Assembly: GCA_000004985.1 (NCBI GenBank)
Contig: GG739189.1
DNA: 4,266 bases
Reading direction: 5' to 3' (one strand)
Source of the DNA: Naegleria gruberi
Lineage: Eukaryota
Part shown: positions 1-4,266 of the stretch, one piece after another
Layout of the letters: every line of letters begins with the position of its first letter
How positions within the stretch are numbered: the first letter of the stretch is position 1
Notes under the pieces: model-generated
What the model saw: the letters and a program-made list of their open reading frames with translations, nothing else
Database searches by the model: none
What the model was told of the DNA's origin: nothing
Position numbers and translations under genes: made by a program

Positions 1-64
1 CAACATAAAAAAGGAAGTTATTACAAATTTTAGCCATTGAAAATTTTAATCAATTTTTTAAATC

Positions 65-1600
65 ATGTCAAGAAATTGGATTCCATCAAATTATTTATTT
101 CAAATAACAGATTTATGGGAAAATAGAAATTTAATTAAAGTAATACAAACAATACATTCTTTATCTATTTATTTAAATAGAAAATTTAATTTTAATATTT
201 TAATACATTTAAATGATTTTATTTATACAAATGATGATTTATTAATTAATATGGATTATTTAAATAATTCAAATATTATTTTAAATGATAAATTTGATTT
301 AATTTCTAAAATTACTATTTTTAATATTATTACTCCTAAAAAGGATAATTTATTATTATCTCCTTCTTCTTCTTCAATTAATAATACAATTAATAATAAT
401 AATAATAATATTTCATCATCAGTTCAATCAAGAATTAAATCTAATAATGAAATATTATTTCCAACAACAATATCAACAAGTACAATAAAACAAAAACATG
501 ACAATACAAATGATATTATTGAATTGACACATTCACCTACATTGGAAGATGATAAAGATAAGAATGAATTATTAACATCACAACCTTTATCATCATTTAA
601 TAAACAACAACAACAAGATGATACTACAAGTAAATTAAATTTATATAATAATAATAATAGTCCATCATCACCACAAAATGTACCATCAACAAGTAGAAGT
701 GATTTATCAACTGCAACTAATACAGTTACATTTACATTATCATCACTTTCTAATTTAACATCTACAACAGATGATATTTCACCTTCATTATCTATCACTC
801 CTAAATCACATTATCATCATCATTTTGAACCTCAACAACAAGAACATAATGCTATAGAAGAACAACATGATTCACATCATTCATTGCATAGTAATAATGA
901 ACATATTAATAATAATGAATTAAATCTAGTAATATTACATAAGAATGAATTATTAATTAATACTAATGATAATGATATGAGTGATTTAATGAGTTATACA
1001 AGTACTACCACATCTGTTATATCACCCTATTCAATAGATACTGATCAATGTTATATTGATACTGAATTTGGATGTGGTCATTTATTAATAACAACATCTA
1101 ATTCTATTAATAATTTAAATAATAATAATAATAATTTAAATAATAATAATTTAAATGATAATAATAATACATTTATATCAGGTAATGAATATGAATTTAA
1201 TTTAATTACAATAGATTTAGAAGGTGAAAAAATAGATGTTGGTGGTGAATTATTTACATGTAAATTATATTATTTAAATGAAAATTTAACATCTTCAACT
1301 AGTACTAATAATTTAAATGATATATTTAATAATTTTAATAGTCCAACTACTGTTAATATTTCATCTCCAAATAATTTATTTAATACTAATAATATTAATA
1401 ATAATAGTAATAATAATATAAATAGTAATAATTCTAATAATAATTCTAATAATAATATAGAAATAATGTTTTCACAAATGATAAATGATACAATACATAC
1501 ACCATTATCACCACATTATATTTATACAAATATATTTAAAGATAATATTAAAAATTATTCACCTAGACCAAATATATCACCACCACAGGGGATCCTCAGA
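65..1600 (+). CDS. 5' portion of a CH-domain/filamin-repeat protein gene (partial; truncated at 3' by the assembly gap). A CH-domain C-terminal motif is followed by a long S/T/N/Q/H-rich low-complexity region and the start of a filamin-type repeat. The last ~13 nt are probably vector-derived.
   Basis: Frame 2 runs 512 sense codons with no stop in 78% AT DNA, where a random ORF this long is very unlikely. Codon usage is typical of Dictyostelium, and in-frame AAT and CAA runs give poly-N and poly-Q. The ATG at 65 is only the first Met after an in-frame TAA at 59-61, so the true start may lie upstream. The ORF-track entry 65..2584 is this segment extended through translated Ns. Confidence 0.8.
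92..175 (+). other. Calponin-homology (CH) domain C-terminal helix signature (residues ~10-37: YLFQITDLWENRNLIKVIQTIHSLSIYL)
   Basis: The stretch matches the conserved end of calponin/SM22-type CH domains, recalled from memory as '...[28 protein letters not shown]'. The motifs F-Q-x-x-D-L-W-E-(G/N)-(K/R)-N-(M/L)-x-x-V-x-x-T-(L/I)-x-x-L are shared. Only the final ~30 residues of a ~100-residue domain are present downstream of Met-1. Confidence 0.5.
350..1170 (+). repeat. Coding low-complexity region: Ser/Thr/Asn/Gln-rich with a His-rich patch (HYHHHFEPQQQEHNAIEEQHDSHHSLHSNNEH, ~nt 797-905). Contains (TCT)n 362-376, (AAT)n 392-410, (CAA)4 607-618 and an AAT-rich tract 1108-1170.
   Basis: Trinucleotide runs in frame with the CDS are read directly from the sequence. 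Poly-N and poly-Q tracts are characteristic of Dictyostelium proteins. Confidence 0.8.
1172..1290 (+). other. Probable start of a filamin-type Ig repeat (FISGNEYEFNLITIDLEGEKIDVGGELFTCKLYY), then interrupted by poly-N low complexity (AAT-rich 1381-1455)
   Basis: The 'D..G....GGE.F...L' pattern parallels the 'AKDIYGNLRKSGGENFQVEL' start of the clearer repeat at 2814-3134 in segment B. This links segments A and B as one gene. Confidence 0.4.
1588..1600 (+). other. Cloning-vector polylinker remnant (pUC-type SmaI half-site + BamHI + XbaI-like: GGGGATCCTC-AGA) at the contig end abutting the gap
   Basis: A 10-nt GC-rich string GGGGATCCTC sits in otherwise ~80% AT DNA. It matches the pUC18/19 MCS '...CCCGGGGATCCTCTAGA...' except for one missing T. 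The BamHI site GGATCC lies at 1590-1595, immediately followed by the N run. This is the expected result of a blunt insert cloned into SmaI and read into vector. Confidence 0.6.
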
Positions 1601-2571
1601 NNNNNNNNNNNNNNNNNNNNNNNNNNNNNNNNNNNNNNNNNNNNNNNNNNNNNNNNNNNNNNNNNNNNNNNNNNNNNNNNNNNNNNNNNNNNNNNNNNNN
1701 NNNNNNNNNNNNNNNNNNNNNNNNNNNNNNNNNNNNNNNNNNNNNNNNNNNNNNNNNNNNNNNNNNNNNNNNNNNNNNNNNNNNNNNNNNNNNNNNNNNN
1801 NNNNNNNNNNNNNNNNNNNNNNNNNNNNNNNNNNNNNNNNNNNNNNNNNNNNNNNNNNNNNNNNNNNNNNNNNNNNNNNNNNNNNNNNNNNNNNNNNNNN
1901 NNNNNNNNNNNNNNNNNNNNNNNNNNNNNNNNNNNNNNNNNNNNNNNNNNNNNNNNNNNNNNNNNNNNNNNNNNNNNNNNNNNNNNNNNNNNNNNNNNNN
2001 NNNNNNNNNNNNNNNNNNNNNNNNNNNNNNNNNNNNNNNNNNNNNNNNNNNNNNNNNNNNNNNNNNNNNNNNNNNNNNNNNNNNNNNNNNNNNNNNNNNN
2101 NNNNNNNNNNNNNNNNNNNNNNNNNNNNNNNNNNNNNNNNNNNNNNNNNNNNNNNNNNNNNNNNNNNNNNNNNNNNNNNNNNNNNNNNNNNNNNNNNNNN
2201 NNNNNNNNNNNNNNNNNNNNNNNNNNNNNNNNNNNNNNNNNNNNNNNNNNNNNNNNNNNNNNNNNNNNNNNNNNNNNNNNNNNNNNNNNNNNNNNNNNNN
2301 NNNNNNNNNNNNNNNNNNNNNNNNNNNNNNNNNNNNNNNNNNNNNNNNNNNNNNNNNNNNNNNNNNNNNNNNNNNNNNNNNNNNNNNNNNNNNNNNNNNN
2401 NNNNNNNNNNNNNNNNNNNNNNNNNNNNNNNNNNNNNNNNNNNNNNNNNNNNNNNNNNNNNNNNNNNNNNNNNNNNNNNNNNNNNNNNNNNNNNNNNNNN
2501 NNNNNNNNNNNNNNNNNNNNNNNNNNNNNNNNNNNNNNNNNNNNNNNNNNNNNNNNNNNNNNNNNNNNNNN
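1601..2571. other. Assembly or scaffold gap (971 N)
   Basis: An unbroken run of 'n' is read directly. Its length is probably an estimate, so reading-frame continuity across it cannot be assessed. Confidence 1.
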
Positions 2572-4266
2572 GTTATTTATATAATAATAATAATGATAAA
2601 ATTGATTGTAAAGTTAATGATTTATTAAATGGTATTTATGAATTTAAATATACATGTCCTAAAAGTGGTAATTTTAAATTTAATATTTTATTAAATGAAA
2701 ATGAAATTGTAAAACCATTAAATTTATTATCAAATCATGAAATTTGTGTTAAAGATGGTGGTAAAAGTTGTCCAAAACAATGTGAAATTATTTTTAAAAA
2801 TTATAATTTAAATTTAGAAAATTTAAATGAAAATATAAATATAGAAAATGAAGAAATGTTAATATTTAAAGCACAAAATGGAAATGAATTAATAACACAA
2901 TCATTTATAATACAAGCAAAAGATATATATGGAAATTTAAGAAAATCAGGAGGTGAAAATTTCCAAGTAGAATTAATTTCCAAATTAACAAATATAAATG
3001 AAAAATTAAATATATTTGATTGTAATGATGGAACTTATCAAGTAAATTTAAATATAACACAATCATCAATTTATAATTTAAATATTTATTTAAATAATGA
3101 AATTATAAAAAATAAATTAATTAAAATAATTGATAGTGGACAAACTAGTAATATTAAATTATTAAATAATAATATAAATATATTTAATGTTGATGATAAT
3201 TTAGAATTTCAAATACAATTAAATGATGAATTTGGAAATATTAGATTAACAAATTTAGAAAATGAATTAACTAAATTTACAATTTTATTAATTTCTAAAA
3301 ATACATTAGAACAATTTGAAATTGAACATTTAATTAAAATTTATAATAATAATACATTTTTAATTTCATTTAATTATTTTAAATCTGATTTATATACAAT
3401 TGAAATTATTTATAATTCTAAAATTTCAATTATTAAAGATATTTTAATATTACCATCTTTGGAAATTAAAAATATTGAATTTAAAGGTGAATGTTTAAAA
3501 TGTTGTATTCAAAATGAAAAATCAAAATTAAATTTATTATTTAAAGATAAATTTAATAATTTAACTCAATCAATTGATAAAATTGAAATTTATTTAAAAA
3601 ATGATAAAAATAATCAAATTAAAATTCCATGTATAGTAAATCCAATACATTCTTTAAATAATTTATTAAATTTAAGATTTGATGATCAAATACCATTAGA
3701 ATATTATAATAATTTAATGTATGAATATGAAATTACTTTTAATCCTTTACATTCTGGAACTTTTATTTTTATTATTTCTATAAATGGTAATGAAATTGAT
3801 CAATATCAACAACAACAATTATTTATACAACCAAATATTCAATCAAGTTCTCATCCTTTAAAAAATACATCAACTTTAACTGCTAATACTTTTAATAATA
3901 TATCATCATCATCATCCTTATCTAATAATAATAATAATAACATTACAAATACTAGTAATAATAATAATAATATTTCAAATAATAATTCAAATAATAATAA
4001 TATATTAAATACAAATAATAATGAAACAATGATAAGTGATAAAGAATTAATTAAAAGTATAAAATCATCACTTTCATTATTAGAAGAAGAACCATTAATT
4101 GAAGAAATGAATTTAATTAAACAAGTATTAATATCACAAATTAAAAGTAATACAAAAATAGAAAAACAAATAAGAGAAATTGAAAGACGTATTCAATTAT
4201 TAATTAATAATCAAGTTAAAATGGAACAATTATTACAAACTAAGGGTGGTTTAATTAAATTTATTA
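2572..4266 (+). CDS. 3' portion of the same (or an adjacent) gene, partial at both ends and not in the ORF track. It has about four filamin/ABP-type Ig-like repeats, then a Ser/Asn-rich linker, then a C-terminal coiled coil. It is open into the gap and beyond the window end.
   Basis: Frame 3 (codons starting at 2574, last full codon 4263-4265) has 564 consecutive sense codons with no stop from the gap edge to the last base. Translation begins XYLYNNNNDKIDCKVNDLLNGIYEFKYTCPKSGNFKFNILLNENEIVKP. The ORF track probably omitted it because no stop occurs inside the window. Frame 2 (the pre-gap frame) stops at 2582-2584, so the 'LFI*' tail of the track ORF is spurious. Confidence 0.85.
2595..2813 (+). 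other. C-terminal part of a filamin-type Ig repeat (DKIDCKVNDLLNGIYEFKYTCPKSGNFKFNILLNENEIVKPLNL...) with a Cys-containing tail (CVKDGGKSCPKQCEI)
   Basis: The match is to the filamin/ABP280 repeat second-half consensus 'D..dGtY.v.Y.P.e.G.h.v.V.....I..SPf', recalled from memory. The alternating hydrophobic pattern is typical of beta-strands. Confidence 0.55.
2814..3134 (+). other. Filamin-type Ig repeat (…IIQAKDIYGNLRKSGGENFQVELISKL…FDCNDGTYQVNLNITQSSIYNLNIYLNNEIIKNKLIKIID)
   Basis: Both hallmark motifs of the repeat are present: 'kDa.GN....GGe.F.V.v' near the start and 'D.nDGTY.V' (nt 3018-3044) followed by alternating hydrophobics near the end. Confidence 0.6.
3135..3450 (+). other. Probable divergent filamin-type repeat (…NVDDNLEFQIQLNDEFGNIRLTN…SDLYTIEIIYNSKISIIKDILIL)
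   Basis: The length is about 105 residues. 'DEFGNI' parallels 'KDIYGNL' of the previous repeat, and 'DLYTIEIIYN' parallels 'DGTYQVNLN'. The match is weaker than for the flanking repeats. Confidence 0.4.
3451..3833 (+). other. Filamin-type Ig repeat (…FKDKFNNL…IEIYLKND…YEYEITFNPLHSGTFIFIISINGNEIDQYQQQQLFIQP)
   Basis: 'YEYEITFNPLHSGTFIFIISINGNEI' (nt 3720-3800) fits 'GtY.V.ftP.e.G.h.v.V...g.hI' well. 'KDKFNN' fits the 'kDa.GN' start. Confidence 0.55.
3834..4022 (+). repeat. Ser/Asn-rich low-complexity linker encoded by an (AAT)n-rich tract (…SSSSSLSNNNNNNITNTSNNNNNISNNNSNNNNILNTNNN)
   Basis: In-frame AAT repeats and TCA repeats at about 3905-4020 are read directly. Confidence 0.8.
4023..4265 (+). 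other. C-terminal predicted coiled coil (ETMISDKELIKSIKSSLSLLEEEPLIEEMNLIKQVLISQIKSNTKIEKQIREIERRIQLLINNQVKMEQLLQTKGGLIKFI…)
   Basis: The sequence shows a heptad-like spacing of I/L/V residues with charged E/K/R/Q positions (e.g. IEKQIREIERRIQLLINNQVKMEQLL). It continues past the window end. Confidence 0.5.

Noticed and set aside
1-64. Promoter with TATA box and oligo(dT) stretch (T6 at 54-59) upstream of ATG 65
   Set aside because: It cannot be distinguished from intron 3'-end sequence. Both are extremely AT-rich in dictyostelids, and the CH-domain evidence argues that coding sequence should exist further upstream. It is left as an open alternative in the findings rather than called as a promoter.
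424-798. 124-aa ORF on the minus strand (MIDNEGEISSVVDVKLESDDN…)
   Set aside because: It is entirely antisense to the strongly supported + strand CDS. Its composition (runs of L, C, V, S) is what reading A-rich coding DNA backwards produces. There is no independent signal, and overlapping antisense ORFs of this kind are expected by chance inside long ORFs.
1590-1595. BamHI site as a genuine genomic restriction site marking a clone boundary
   Set aside because: The surrounding bases extend the match to the pUC polylinker (GGGG before, TC-AGA after). This makes vector read-through more parsimonious than a natural GC-rich 10-mer in 80% AT DNA.
2572-2584. Continuation of the 65..2584 ORF after the gap, ending 'LFI*'
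   Set aside because: Frame 2 after the gap ends at a stop within 4 codons, while frame 3 is open for 564 codons. The post-gap tail of the track ORF is an artefact of translating Ns with an arbitrary gap length.
2738-2785. Zinc-finger or metal-binding motif from C-x7-C-x3-C
   Set aside because: The spacing does not match any Zn-finger class I can recall, no His partners are appropriately placed, and the segment lies inside a beta-rich repeat. It is kept only as a low-interest observation.
2801-2983. 60-aa ORF on the minus strand (MEINSTWKFSPPDFLKF…)
   Set aside because: It is antisense to the filamin-repeat CDS in frame 3 and is short. Its F/I/S-rich composition reflects reverse-complemented AAT/GAA-rich coding sequence. 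It is not a credible gene.
1-4266. Prokaryotic defence or novel multi-gene 'system' (CRISPR, toxin-antitoxin, mobile element)
   Set aside because: The sequence is eukaryotic (Dictyostelium-like) in composition and codon usage. The only repeats are in-frame trinucleotide microsatellites, not direct repeats with spacers. There are no IS or transposase-like ORFs, no inverted terminal repeats and no tRNA-like structures. All of the window is accounted for by one gene plus a gap.

Overview
The window reads as one protein-coding gene from a Dictyostelium-like social amoeba. It is about 80% A+T, with in-frame (AAT)n and (CAA)n runs encoding poly-Asn and poly-Gln and a TTA/AAT/GGT/CCA/TCA codon preference. 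The gene is split by a 971-nt run of N (1601..2571), which is a scaffold gap. Both real coding segments are on the + strand. Segment A (65..1600, frame 2) opens with a short stretch resembling the C-terminal helix of a calponin-homology (CH) domain. It continues with roughly 450 residues of S/T/N/Q/H-rich low-complexity sequence and what looks like the start of a filamin-type Ig repeat, then runs into the gap. Segment B (2572..4266, frame 3) is open from the gap edge to the window end but is absent from the ORF track. It encodes about four filamin/ABP-type Ig repeats (the first truncated by the gap), a poly-S/N linker and a C-terminal heptad coiled coil. The 13 nt just before the gap (GGGGATCCTC-AGA) are GC-rich and nearly identical to the pUC SmaI–BamHI–XbaI polylinker, so they are probably cloning-vector remnant at a contig end. 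I see no prokaryotic content and no sign of a defence system or mobile element. The points worth a second look are assembly and annotation artefacts (gap, vector remnant, an ORF the track missed, a probably truncated N-terminus) and an actin-crosslinker-like domain architecture.
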